A stretch of 64,000 nucleotides of DNA from Gammaproteobacteria bacterium (GCA_050298595.1 JBNKUM010000062.1:42048-106047), one strand, 5' to 3'; counted from the first letter of the stretch, positions 32,805-41,837 are shown. Program-made: numbers and translations. Notes: generated from the sequence alone by a model not told the origin.

Positions 32805-32965
32805 AATTAGGGTTGCTACTGCTCAGTTATCATTATAATAATTTGTCGAAATTCAGCAGGTCGGGTGTATGAATAAAATAATTGCCTCAGTTGGGTAAGA
32901 TAATGGAGTATTTAAGTTTTCGAGTAACTCTGGCTTATCCAGGCAGGTACTGGAAAATGTTAAAA

Positions 32966-33316
32966 CTAAACTTTACCCATCGTAAACTTTGTACCCGGTG
33001 GTCTATGCGCCCTTATTTTTTGACCGCTTAGAGCAAGAATCCTGTGTTGGTCGAGCAATAGCTGGTATAGGAACATCAGTTCTTCCTGTGCTTCAACTGG
33101 AAATCCCTGACGTCTTTTGCCACCCTCAACAAGAATGAGCTCTTCCAGATACTTTTGACCCTCTCTATATCGCCATAGGCTGCTGATCGTTTTGATCACT
33201 CTTGGGAATGATTCAAGCGCAGCTGGCTTTCCAGCTCTCATACGCTTTATCTGTTCACTTTTTCTGAACAACTGCTGAGCAATCTCAGGACTAATCACTC
33301 TGTTATTGATGGCCAT
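32966..33316 (-). CDS. Hypothetical protein (LE-x-FPR...LW...RQGFP motif domain)
   Basis: 116-aa ORF with a motif pattern I recognise from uncharacterized proteobacterial proteins. Confidence 0.65.
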   Translation of the reverse strand: MAINNRVISPEIAQQLFRKSEQIKRMRAGKPAALESFPRVIKTISSLWRYREGQKYLEELILVEGGKRRQGFPVEAQEELMFLYQLLLDQHRILALSGQKIRAHRPPGTKFTMGKV

Positions 33317-33753
33317 ACCGGTCAGGCACTCGTATTGGTTAATAGCTTAATATTAAGCAATGAATCATATATTACCACGCTTTTTTTAATGAGAATATGC
33401 ACGCAAATAATGTAATAAAAAAACTGCTTAAAAAGAAATATTCTTAGTTTTATCTTATAGAATCATAGCATTATCTATTGTTTATAGTAAATTACTTGAT
33501 AAATGTTATTTAACTGATTGAATTAACATGGGCTTATCGTCGAGGTCCAGTTTGGATAAAGGGGTTGAAATTCCACTATCAGTGACCACAGGTGCATGTT
33601 GATGTGCACAGATAGTCCAGGCAAACCAGTAATTAGCATAGCAGCTTTAAATATTAGAGTGCCGTCAAGCTAGTTGCTAAGATTTTTTTTTAAATCGTAC
33701 CCATGATAATACTCCTGCCTGATAGCTCTAATTACGGAAAAAACTACTCAATA

Positions 33754-34845
33754 ATGAAACCATCCAGTAAATATGAAGAGTTTTTGCGACAATCCGGTTT
33801 TTGTCAGGATGCCGCACAACAAGATGCCATATTTTTACTCGATAGATTGCAGGAGCAGCTACAACCGATAGAGCAGGGAATCATACAAAGGATTGCCAGT
33901 TCTGTTGCCAGGATAAAAGGGGACTGCCCAAAAATTAAGGGGCTTTACTTCTGGGGAGGGGTAGGAAGGGGTAAAACCTTTCTGATGGACATATTTTTTG
34001 AAACCCTGCCTGTTAAGCAGAAAAAAAGAGTCCATTTCCATAAGTTCATGAAACAGATTCATGATGAATTAACACTTGCGAAAAAAGGTTTGGATCCTCT
34101 GAGGAAGATTGCCTTAAAGGTTACTGATAATTGTAAAGTATTGTGCCTGGATGAGTTTGTTGTGACTGATATCGGCGATGCCATGTTAATCGGACGATTG
34201 CTGTCATTTTTATTTGAGCAGGGCACAATTCTGGTTACTACCTCTAATACGCCGCCGGATGATCTGTATAAAGGGGGGTTACAGCGAGCGAATTTCCTTC
34301 CGGCAATAGATTTGATTAAAAAAAATTGTGATATCTGTAACCTGGATGGAGGTAAGGATTATCGCATGCTGGGATTGAGTGATACCGATTTGTATCACTT
34401 CCCGCACGATGAGGATGCTGTATCCAGCATACAGAAATACATCCAGCATCATCTTGTGTCAGGTGAGCATCATCAAACCATAGATATCAATAATAGACCG
34501 ATACGCTTTGAATACTGTGGTGAGGATACTATCTGGTTTACCTTTGAAGAATTGTGTAAAACTACTCGCAGTCAGTTGGATTTTCTGGAAATCGCCCAGT
34601 TATTTGGAACGGTAATACTAACCGATATCGAACAGATGGGGAATACTTCTAATGATGCTGCGCGGCGATTTATTTCTTTGATTGATGTTTTATACGACCA
34701 TAGGGTTAAATTAATCTGTACCGCAGAGGTTTCTCATAATGAACTCTATACAGAAGGCTTTCTGTCTTTTGAGTTTCAGCGTACAGTGAGCCGATTGCAG
34801 GAAATGCAAAGTCAGAATTACATGCACGAGTCACATGTTATTTAA
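33754..34845 (+). CDS. zapE: Cell division ATPase ZapE (AFG1 family)
   Basis: GLYFWGGVGRGKT, LCLDEF, TSN, GLQR..F, RRFISLID, FQRTVSRL. Confidence 0.93.
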   Translation: MKPSSKYEEFLRQSGFCQDAAQQDAIFLLDRLQEQLQPIEQGIIQRIASSVARIKGDCPKIKGLYFWGGVGRGKTFLMDIFFETLPVKQKKRVHFHKFMKQIHDELTLAKKGLDPLRKIALKVTDNCKVLCLDEFVVTDIGDAMLIGRLLSFLFEQGTILVTTSNTPPDDLYKGGLQRANFLPAIDLIKKNCDICNLDGGKDYRMLGLSDTDLYHFPHDEDAVSSIQKYIQHHLVSGEHHQTIDINNRPIRFEYCGEDTIWFTFEELCKTTRSQLDFLEIAQLFGTVILTDIEQMGNTSNDAARRFISLIDVLYDHRVKLICTAEVSHNELYTEGFLSFEFQRTVSRLQEMQSQNYMHESHVI

Positions 34846-34850
34846 CTATT

Positions 34851-35804
34851 TCAGTTCACAAGCTCTATCATAGCCATCAACGCGGCATGGTCCGAAAATT
34901 TGTAATCTATGTCCTCAAACTTCAGGTTTTGTAGCTTATGATTTTTAGTATTACTGATGAGTAAATAATCGAGCTGTTGTTTGTGCTTTTTATAGATAAA
35001 GGAATAGCGATGTTTAACTGGAACCGATCTGGTTAGGTCAATCAAATCCCTTTCGATAAGGTCTGAGCTTTTAAATTTTGCTCTCGTCTGATCAGGGTTA
35101 CCTCGGATGATACCGATTACATCTACATACTTGTCCGACACGGGCAGGGCGTTAAAATCACCTACAAGGACTAATCTGTGTTGAGGATGAGAAATCTGGA
35201 ATTGATTGACCCACCTTGCTAGTGTTTCTGCCTGTTGTTTTCTTTTTATCGCTACACGTTTTCCCTCATTTTTATTTCTAAGTTCGCGCATAGATCTTAG
35301 ATGTAAGTTAATTATGGTCACACACTCATCAATACAGACTTTAATGAGTAATGGAGGTCTTGAAAAAAGATAACTTTCTGAACTGCCATAATGAAGGTCT
35401 TTGAATAGCTGCCTTTGTTCTGTAACTCGGTAACGTTTTTTTACTAGATAACCCACATCTATACCTGATATGTCATTACCGTCCAACAAAACAGCTTGGT
35501 AATCTAAGCCCTTTTTCTTAAGAATTTTGACTACGTCCTGAAGTATATCCAGATTTTCAACCTCCTGAAGTGCAATAATATCCGGCGTTGCAAAGCTGCT
35601 TGATATCTTTTCAGACAGCTTTTTAATACGCTTTTGGTAGGTTTTGCGTGTTACAACTTTTTCATGTTGCCCATCATCTTTGTCGTCGAAAAAACGATTC
35701 ATATTCTGAGATACCAGACTTAACGTTTGTCCCGCATATAATGGTTGGCAGGAAAATATAATGAATAGCAGCAATATCTTAAATAAGGTGAAAATCTTAA
35801 TCAT
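34851..35804 (-). CDS. Secreted endonuclease/exonuclease/phosphatase family protein
   Basis: Signal peptide; QNMNRFFD, LQEVEN, SRPPL, GDFN, LDYLL, SDH. Confidence 0.87.
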   Translation of the reverse strand: MIKIFTLFKILLLFIIFSCQPLYAGQTLSLVSQNMNRFFDDKDDGQHEKVVTRKTYQKRIKKLSEKISSSFATPDIIALQEVENLDILQDVVKILKKKGLDYQAVLLDGNDISGIDVGYLVKKRYRVTEQRQLFKDLHYGSSESYLFSRPPLLIKVCIDECVTIINLHLRSMRELRNKNEGKRVAIKRKQQAETLARWVNQFQISHPQHRLVLVGDFNALPVSDKYVDVIGIIRGNPDQTRAKFKSSDLIERDLIDLTRSVPVKHRYSFIYKKHKQQLDYLLISNTKNHKLQNLKFEDIDYKFSDHAALMAMIELVN

Positions 35805-35865
35805 TGATAGAATAAGTAATAGCTAATATACTAATTTGAATTGAGGTCATTATCTGGGGAATAAG

Positions 35866-36555
35866 ATGTTCAAACTTATACAACAAAAAGGATCATCCAG
35901 CATCGGGCTATTCTCAGCAATGGCCATTTTCATCGGTTTACTGGTTTATGCAAATCAGTTTGCATTTAATAATAGCGAAAACAGTTTCTTATCATCATTT
36001 GTTAATAAGACCCCCGACACCGTAGCTACACAATCCGTTGAAGCCCTATCCAGTGCGGATACTGATACAATTCAACCTTCTTCACAAGGGATCTTTAAAA
36101 CTCCTACACTGACACTAGAAGACAATAATGAAGTTGTGAATTCTGCGGAATCTGTAGAGCTCGCAAAACTGAGTCCAGCGACTTCGACTGACGTTGAGTT
36201 AGCGGCTAAACAGGCGTTGTCTCAGCCAAATATGATGCCAGTAAATAATGTATCGGGGTATTGGTATGGTGACCAGGCTACCTTATTTTTATACAATTCT
36301 CACAATGCAGGTTTTAATAATGGCCAGCAAAATTACTCAACTTCCAGAGCCTATGGCCGTAGTGACGGTCGCGGAAAAATGAAAGGCGATGGTGAATTTA
36401 ACTTTTCAATGAAATTTAAAGCCCGTGGCAGAATGGATGCGAATAGTGATTTTGATAACAATTTAGATGCTTATGGTAATGCTTATCAGCAGAGCCAATA
36501 CAACGTGAATGCCATATCCAGCCCAGCTAACAGATATCACTACTACAGCTATTAA
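35866..36555 (+). CDS. N-terminally anchored/exported protein with C-terminal sulfur-globule (SgpA/B-like) motif
   Basis: N-terminal hydrophobic helix, S/T-rich linker, GRGKMKGDGEFNFSMKFKARGR, Y/N-rich tail. Confidence 0.6.
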   Translation: MFKLIQQKGSSSIGLFSAMAIFIGLLVYANQFAFNNSENSFLSSFVNKTPDTVATQSVEALSSADTDTIQPSSQGIFKTPTLTLEDNNEVVNSAESVELAKLSPATSTDVELAAKQALSQPNMMPVNNVSGYWYGDQATLFLYNSHNAGFNNGQQNYSTSRAYGRSDGRGKMKGDGEFNFSMKFKARGRMDANSDFDNNLDAYGNAYQQSQYNVNAISSPANRYHYYSY

Positions 36556-37352
36556 ATAATATCGGATAAATAGTCTAACCAGTGTTGATGTAACAGCTCA
36601 TCACTGGCGGCTATAACCTGCCTTGGGGAGAGTGAATGATTGAATACCGGCTGACCAGGCTGTGAGCAACTTATACCTCCGGCTGATTCTAGCAGCAGGC
36701 AGCCAGCAGCATAATCCCAGATTTTTTCTCCGCCATGCAGTAATAACTGTAATCTACCTGCTGCAAGCCAGGCCCATTCTAAAGCACAGGTTCCAATGTT
36801 CCGTTGCGACTTGAAAGGTATTGTCCCAACGATATGCTGACTTACTTGCGGATCTAGTCTTTTGAAATCGATACTAGCCAGACAGTCTTTTAGTTTTTTG
36901 GGTTGGATGGGTTTTGTCGCTGGGCTGCCATTAATGCATAATGGCTCTCCTTTAATAGCGCTAAAGCACTCTTTTCTGACTGGATCATAGATAACCCCAA
37001 AAACTATTTCTCCTTTCTCCACCAGGGCCAATGAAACTGCGAATAGTGGTACGCCGTGATAAAAGTTATTGGTACCATCTACCGGATCAAGGCACCAGAA
37101 AGTCTCACCCTCCTCAATGATTTCTTGTTGCTGAGAATAGGTCATTTCTTCACCAAGCATAGGTATGTCGGGCACTAGTTGAAATAGCTCAGAAGTAATG
37201 GACTGTTGCATTCGAGTATCGATCTCGGTCACCAGGCTGCCATCCTGTTTGATCTCTGCGCTGACTTGTCCTGAATACTGAGTTAATAAAGCGTCTGCAT
37301 GCTGGCAGACGATATTTTCTACTGGGGGGAGTAGTTTATTTACAGGTTTCAT
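36552..37352 (-). CDS. Inositol monophosphatase family protein
   Basis: LGEE, WCLDPVDGTNNF, WDYAAG. Confidence 0.9.
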   Translation of the reverse strand: MKPVNKLLPPVENIVCQHADALLTQYSGQVSAEIKQDGSLVTEIDTRMQQSITSELFQLVPDIPMLGEEMTYSQQQEIIEEGETFWCLDPVDGTNNFYHGVPLFAVSLALVEKGEIVFGVIYDPVRKECFSAIKGEPLCINGSPATKPIQPKKLKDCLASIDFKRLDPQVSQHIVGTIPFKSQRNIGTCALEWAWLAAGRLQLLLHGGEKIWDYAAGCLLLESAGGISCSQPGQPVFNHSLSPRQVIAASDELLHQHWLDYLSDII

Positions 37353-37453
37353 AAGTTTATTTTGTATTCCAACGGCTAAAGCTTCTGATGAAGAGATTAT
37401 GTTGCTATAGTCAAATATTCTAGTTTACTTCTACTGGCCATTATACATTCAAT

Positions 37454-38845
37454 ATGAACGCGCCTGCGTCCTTTAAGAATCCCTTTTTTATTACTCGCCG
37501 AAGCGCAAACCTGATGGAAGACCTGCACCGACAGATCTCAGCTGTTGGTGCGATTTGCCTGCTGTATGGTGTTGAAGGTGTGGGTAAGACTCGACTGATC
37601 AAACAGTTTATATCGACAAGACTTGCGGGTCGAAATGTGAAGTTTTGCAGACTCAGCACAGACGGTTTTTTTCTGGATGATGATGCTCAATTGCATGCCT
37701 TTGATCGCCTGATGCCGACCATACTTGGCTCGCCCCCAGACAATTCTATTTGGGTCATTGATCAGCTGGAGTTAGCCTCTGGCGAGTTTATACAACAGTT
37801 GCTTCAATTCTGGTCACTCCATGCGAGTGAGCTAAATTGTGCCTTAATTCTCGGCTGTAGGCCTCGGTATCTCGGTACTGTCTACAAAATATCACAACAG
37901 CTTAAACTCAAGATCCCCAGTGTAGAGTTGAAGCCTTTATCTAAAAGTGAAAGTTTACAATATCTATCAGCTCAGCTTTGTCCAAATATGGATTCAGTTG
38001 CGGTATTATCCATCGAATTAAGCAGAGAATTTAAACTAGCCGGCGGGATCCCGGGGTTGCTAGACCAGATTATCCAGCGACATTCTGGCTTAATTGAATG
38101 CAGTCAACAAAATCTGCATAACCGGAAAATTAAGGTTCTGTTTTTATTAGCTGCTTCGATGTTGATGCTCGGTCCTGTTATATATTTAAATTTCAGTAAA
38201 TTTGATCTTATTGAGAGCCAGGCAATCCAGCAAGCAGCAGAAGTAAAGGGTAAGGAGTTCCCGAGACAGAAAATAAATCAACTGGAAAACTTTGAAACTC
38301 CTGGTCTCGTTGAGCCCGTGATTTTAGAACAGGAGGAGTTAATAACAGGCGAGAAAGAGCCTGAGTTAGCACTTTCTGGTGAAATTACAGACAGACCAAA
38401 ACAGGGGCTGGGTACCGAATCAGTAGAAATGGTTGCTGCAGTAAACACAGAAATCGAAACTGAACAGATGCCGAAACCACAAAATGTATTACTTGAACGG
38501 ATATCGGCTACCGATGAATGGTTACAGCTGTCTTCAGATGACACGGCAAGTATTCAGATAATGAGCTTAGGGAAAGACTCACAAAAGTCCCTGCTGGTTT
38601 TTTTACGCAAGCTAGTTGCTAATGGCATCAGTATGGAGCAAATCTATATTTACGAGATGAATAAAGCTAGCGATCATATTTATGTGGTTTTGTTTGGTAG
38701 CTATGCAGACCGTTCTGAAGCTCGTATTCAGATCAATTCTTTGCCAGTCTCTCTTAAAGCTAATTCGCCCATTATTCGAACTATTCGAGGCATTAAAAAC
38801 GAAATTGAAAAAAGTAAAAATCAACTGTCGCTGGAATATATGTGA
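37454..38845 (+). CDS. AAA/ExeA-like ATPase with TM helix and C-terminal SPOR domain (DamX-like)
   Basis: GVEGVGKT, TM segment near residue 230, SIQIMS...YVVLFGSY...LPVSL..SPIIRT SPOR pattern. Confidence 0.75.
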   Translation: MNAPASFKNPFFITRRSANLMEDLHRQISAVGAICLLYGVEGVGKTRLIKQFISTRLAGRNVKFCRLSTDGFFLDDDAQLHAFDRLMPTILGSPPDNSIWVIDQLELASGEFIQQLLQFWSLHASELNCALILGCRPRYLGTVYKISQQLKLKIPSVELKPLSKSESLQYLSAQLCPNMDSVAVLSIELSREFKLAGGIPGLLDQIIQRHSGLIECSQQNLHNRKIKVLFLLAASMLMLGPVIYLNFSKFDLIESQAIQQAAEVKGKEFPRQKINQLENFETPGLVEPVILEQEELITGEKEPELALSGEITDRPKQGLGTESVEMVAAVNTEIETEQMPKPQNVLLERISATDEWLQLSSDDTASIQIMSLGKDSQKSLLVFLRKLVANGISMEQIYIYEMNKASDHIYVVLFGSYADRSEARIQINSLPVSLKANSPIIRTIRGIKNEIEKSKNQLSLEYM

Positions 38846-38880
38846 CGCCAAAAAACAGCATAAATGATACGATAAGTCGA

Positions 38881-38894
38881 TTGATTTGAATCAA
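38881..38894 (+). promoter_or_regulatory. Perfect FNR box upstream of the sulfur globule gene
   Basis: TTGAT-ttga-ATCAA. Confidence 0.65.
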
Positions 38895-38984
38895 TAAACA
38901 GGAATTAAGCAGACTAAATGGTTTATTAGTATTTCATTATATAGCATAATGACCGAACCACTTAACTATAGGAAGGGGACAATA

Positions 38985-39467
38985 ATGTTTAACTATATAA
39001 AAACTTTAATTGTAGGGCTGATGCTAATATTTTCTTACAGCGCCAATGCTTCTGATTTCTTTGGCGGCAACGATTGTCCACCCTGGGCATATGACTGTAA
39101 TGATTGGCCAGAATGGACTCCAATGTACTGGATGGAAGAGATGAGCGACGAATTTGATAATGACAATGATTATTATGGATACGGCGGCCCAGGTCCATAC
39201 GGCGGTATGCCTTACGGCGGACCTATGCCATACGGTGGCCCAGCTCCATACGGTGCTCCAATGCCTTACGGTGCTCCAATGCCATACGGTGGTCCAGCTC
39301 CATACGGTGCTCCAATGCCATACGGCGGCCCAGCTCCATATGGTGCTCCAATGCCTTATGGTGGGCCAGGACCATACGGTGCTCCTAGACCACCTCAGGG
39401 AGCTCCTTTCGGAGGACCAGTTCCACCTTATGGTCGTCCTGCACCACAAAACGCGCCTGCTAAATAA
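38985..39467 (+). CDS. Putative sulfur globule envelope protein
   Basis: Sec signal (ANA/S), NDWPEWTPMYWMEEM motif, Gly/Pro/Tyr-rich PYG repeats typical of Sgp proteins; SD before ATG 38985. Confidence 0.75.
   Translation: MFNYIKTLIVGLMLIFSYSANASDFFGGNDCPPWAYDCNDWPEWTPMYWMEEMSDEFDNDNDYYGYGGPGPYGGMPYGGPMPYGGPAPYGAPMPYGAPMPYGGPAPYGAPMPYGGPAPYGAPMPYGGPGPYGAPRPPQGAPFGGPVPPYGRPAPQNAPAK
39210..39389 (+). repeat. Ten tandem 18-bp coding repeats (PYG[G/A]Px hexapeptide)
   Basis: Units such as ccatacggtgctccaatg and ccatacggtggcccagct in exact 18-nt register. Confidence 0.9.
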
Positions 39468-39494
39468 GGCTTGAGCTATAGATGGTTTATCCTG

Positions 39495-39923
39495 TTAGCA
39501 TTGCTCCCAGGGTAAACCGTCAAATCTCCACCCAGCAATGGAGCTGCGATGATGTGTATCATCCAGTTCGCCTTCAAATCCTGTATCAATGTTATAAACT
39601 CGATTGAATCCAGCATCGATTAATACCTGCCCAGCTTCGGCAGAACGTTTTCCACTGCGACAAATCAGCACTACAGGTGCACATTGATGATCTTCTGTGC
39701 AAATCACACCACCCAGTATTAACTTTCTGATATCGCGTACAAAGTGCGGATTGATTTCCCAATCTGGTTCTTCAATCCAGGGAATATTAACTGACCCTAC
39801 CGGATGACCGATAAATAGAAACTCCATTTCAGATCGAACATCTACAAATACCATGTTTGGTTCTTTATGTAGCATTTCTGCGGCCTGTTTTGGGGTGATA
39901 TGGATTAATTCTGGTTTTTTCAT
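39495..39923 (-). CDS. Single-domain rhodanese-like sulfurtransferase
   Basis: FVDVRSEMEF..GHP.GS, ICRSGKRS active-site loop, GFEG, GW..GLPW. Confidence 0.92.
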   Translation of the reverse strand: MKKPELIHITPKQAAEMLHKEPNMVFVDVRSEMEFLFIGHPVGSVNIPWIEEPDWEINPHFVRDIRKLILGGVICTEDHQCAPVVLICRSGKRSAEAGQVLIDAGFNRVYNIDTGFEGELDDTHHRSSIAGWRFDGLPWEQC

Positions 39924-40010
39924 GGCGCTGTACTCTCGTTTTTTGAATTTTATAACTTAAATTAGTCCCACTTGATACAAACAATTTATTACAAGTTTAT
40001 AAGTTCGTTT

Positions 40011-40541
40011 TTAATACGGAGAGGAGTGGGAGTAAAACCAGCCCCATTCGGAGTTGCAAAACAGGCGAATGGATTGAATGAAGCTTTCGGAGGGAATGGC
40101 TTCTTTAGGGAAAATAGAGGTGATTTCAATAAAAACATCTGAGTAAGCAGCAGACTTACGCCAGTTGATTTCGCTAATTACACCGGAGTTATCGCATTGA
40201 TCACATATCCATTTAGCGTAAGGAGGGGATGAGAGTAGTACAAGTGGATTGGGTATTTTGTGTTTGCAACGTGGAAAGCGAAGTGTTTCAATTGAGTCGC
40301 CACCCATCCCATGTATCTCCGTAAACATGTGTATATGTATTTCACTTTCGCTTCCACCTGTGGAAAGTGCCGGCGAACATCCCAGATAGGTAATATGCGC
40401 CATCAATTTTGGCCCTGCCAGCATCTTTCCTGGGTTTTCGGTGGTTAAGCCAAATTGCTGCTCTGAAAAAAAATCAGCTAATTCCTTTATTGTAAATGGC
40501 CGGTGAGATTGTGATGGGTACAGATATAAAGAAAAACCCAT
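40011..40541 (-). CDS. Hypothetical protein (ITYLGCSP / NWRKSA / EAIP motifs, partial Zn-ribbon)
   Basis: 176-aa ORF starting 1 nt after the epimerase stop; PRCKH and CDQC. Confidence 0.7.
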   Translation of the reverse strand: MGFSLYLYPSQSHRPFTIKELADFFSEQQFGLTTENPGKMLAGPKLMAHITYLGCSPALSTGGSESEIHIHMFTEIHGMGGDSIETLRFPRCKHKIPNPLVLLSSPPYAKWICDQCDNSGVISEINWRKSAAYSDVFIEITSIFPKEAIPSESFIQSIRLFCNSEWGWFYSHSSPY

Positions 40542-40542
40542 G

Positions 40543-41475
40543 TCAGGCCGAGGCGTTTTGCTGGCTTTGGATCAGAATTTCCAGCCCCTGTTTTAAGGAG
40601 GTTTGTGCAGTGACTCCCAGTTGGTGGTTCATTTTTTCGGTTATTGCAAGTGAATGTTGTATATCACCTTCACGAGGCCGATCATGGGTGATCACAGGTT
40701 GATTGCCACTAATATCAGATAATACTGAGATCAGGTCTAGTAGTGATGTTTTGAATCCTGTGGCTATATTACAGGCTCCTTGCGTATCACTTTTTAATGC
40801 GGCAACATTCGCCTGAGCGACATCCCCAACATAGATGAAGTCACGAGTTTGTTCACCATCCCCAAATACGGTCAAGGGTAAATTGCTGGTAATACGATCT
40901 ACGAATAGAGCGATGACGCCAGCGTATGGTGATTTAGGGTCCTGGCGTGGACCGAATACATTAAAAAAGCGCTGTCCTAGAGAAGAAACCTGATATAACT
41001 CATGATAGAGCGCTGAATATTGTTCATTGACCTGTTTCTCTAATCCGTAAGGGGAGAGCTGAGTTTTCTCTGCATCTTCAGGCAGAGGGATTTGGCTAGG
41101 TTCTCCATAAACTGCTGCAGATGAAGCATAAACCAGTTTTTTTACTTTATGGTTTTTAACCGCCTCAAGAACATTCAAAAAACCAATGATATTCTGCTGT
41201 GCAGAAAATTCAGGATCTTCCAGTGATGCAACCACAGAAACCTGAGCCGCGAGATGTAGGCAGTGGCTTACATCCTTCATGCATTCGTTCACCCGTTGTT
41301 TGTCGCAGATATCACCTTCGACAAATTCGAGTAATTCGTTTGATTCAGGCAAATTGTGTCGAAACCCAGAAGACAGATTGTCCAGAACCTTTACCTGAAT
41401 ACCCTGTGACATTAGCAGATCGGCGGTATGCGACCCAATAAATCCAGCTCCACCGGTGATTAACACTTTCTTCAT
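40543..41475 (-). CDS. NAD-dependent epimerase/dehydratase (UDP-sugar 4-epimerase family)
   Basis: TGGAGFIGSH, SSAAVYG, SPYGLEK (YxxxK), FNVFGPRQD, GDGEQTRDF. Confidence 0.93.
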   Translation of the reverse strand: MKKVLITGGAGFIGSHTADLLMSQGIQVKVLDNLSSGFRHNLPESNELLEFVEGDICDKQRVNECMKDVSHCLHLAAQVSVVASLEDPEFSAQQNIIGFLNVLEAVKNHKVKKLVYASSAAVYGEPSQIPLPEDAEKTQLSPYGLEKQVNEQYSALYHELYQVSSLGQRFFNVFGPRQDPKSPYAGVIALFVDRITSNLPLTVFGDGEQTRDFIYVGDVAQANVAALKSDTQGACNIATGFKTSLLDLISVLSDISGNQPVITHDRPREGDIQHSLAITEKMNHQLGVTAQTSLKQGLEILIQSQQNASA

Positions 41476-41577
41476 AGTTTTTACCCCAAAATTAGAGATG
41501 AATAATAGCAGTGATTGAGGTGAATTTTGTGGCGCAATTAATATATTTGAAAAGTTTCAAAACTGTCAGATTTTTTC

Positions 41578-41606
41578 TTGACAGTTGCCAGTCTCGCCAT
41601 TAAAGT
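41578..41606 (+). promoter_or_regulatory. Sigma70 promoter of the tRNA-Ala/Glu operon
   Basis: TTGACA-17 nt-TAAAGT, GC-rich discriminator ACGCGC. Confidence 0.8.
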
Positions 41607-41620
41607 ACGCGCTCTCTCGA

Positions 41621-41696
41621 GGGGCCATAGCTCAGCTGGGAGAGCGCAACACTGGCAGTGTTGAGGTCGGCGGTTCGATCCCGCCTGGCTCCACCA
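41621..41696 (+). tRNA. tRNA-Ala (GGC)
   Basis: Cloverleaf; caaca-CTGGCAG-tgttg; G3:U70; CCA. Confidence 0.97.
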
Positions 41697-41721
41697 AACA
41701 AGCTTTGGCTTGAGAAACAGT

Positions 41722-41798
41722 GTCCCCATCGTCTAGTCGGCCTAGGACACCGCCCTTTCACGGCGGTAACAGGGGTTCGAATCCCCTTGGGGACGCCA
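41722..41798 (+). tRNA. tRNA-Glu (TTC)
   Basis: Cloverleaf; ccgcc-CTTTCAC-ggcgg; CCA. Confidence 0.97.
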
Positions 41799-41807
41799 CT
41801 ATCAAAG

Positions 41808-41837
41808 AAAAAGAGGCAATTTTGCCTCTTTTTTTTT
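41808..41837 (+). terminator. Rho-independent terminator after the tRNAs
   Basis: AAAAAGAGGCAA-tt-TTGCCTCTTTTTTTTT. Confidence 0.85.

Noticed and set aside
33620-33650. c-di-GMP-I riboswitch (GGCAAACCA)
   Set aside because: No GNRA hairpin or GACGCAAAG continuation
39024-39474. Repetitive ORFs on the minus strand (WSTV repeats) and in an alternative plus frame (HTVLQC repeats); possible CRISPR array
   Set aside because: By-products of the 18-bp coding repeat in the sgp gene; units are contiguous with no unique spacers
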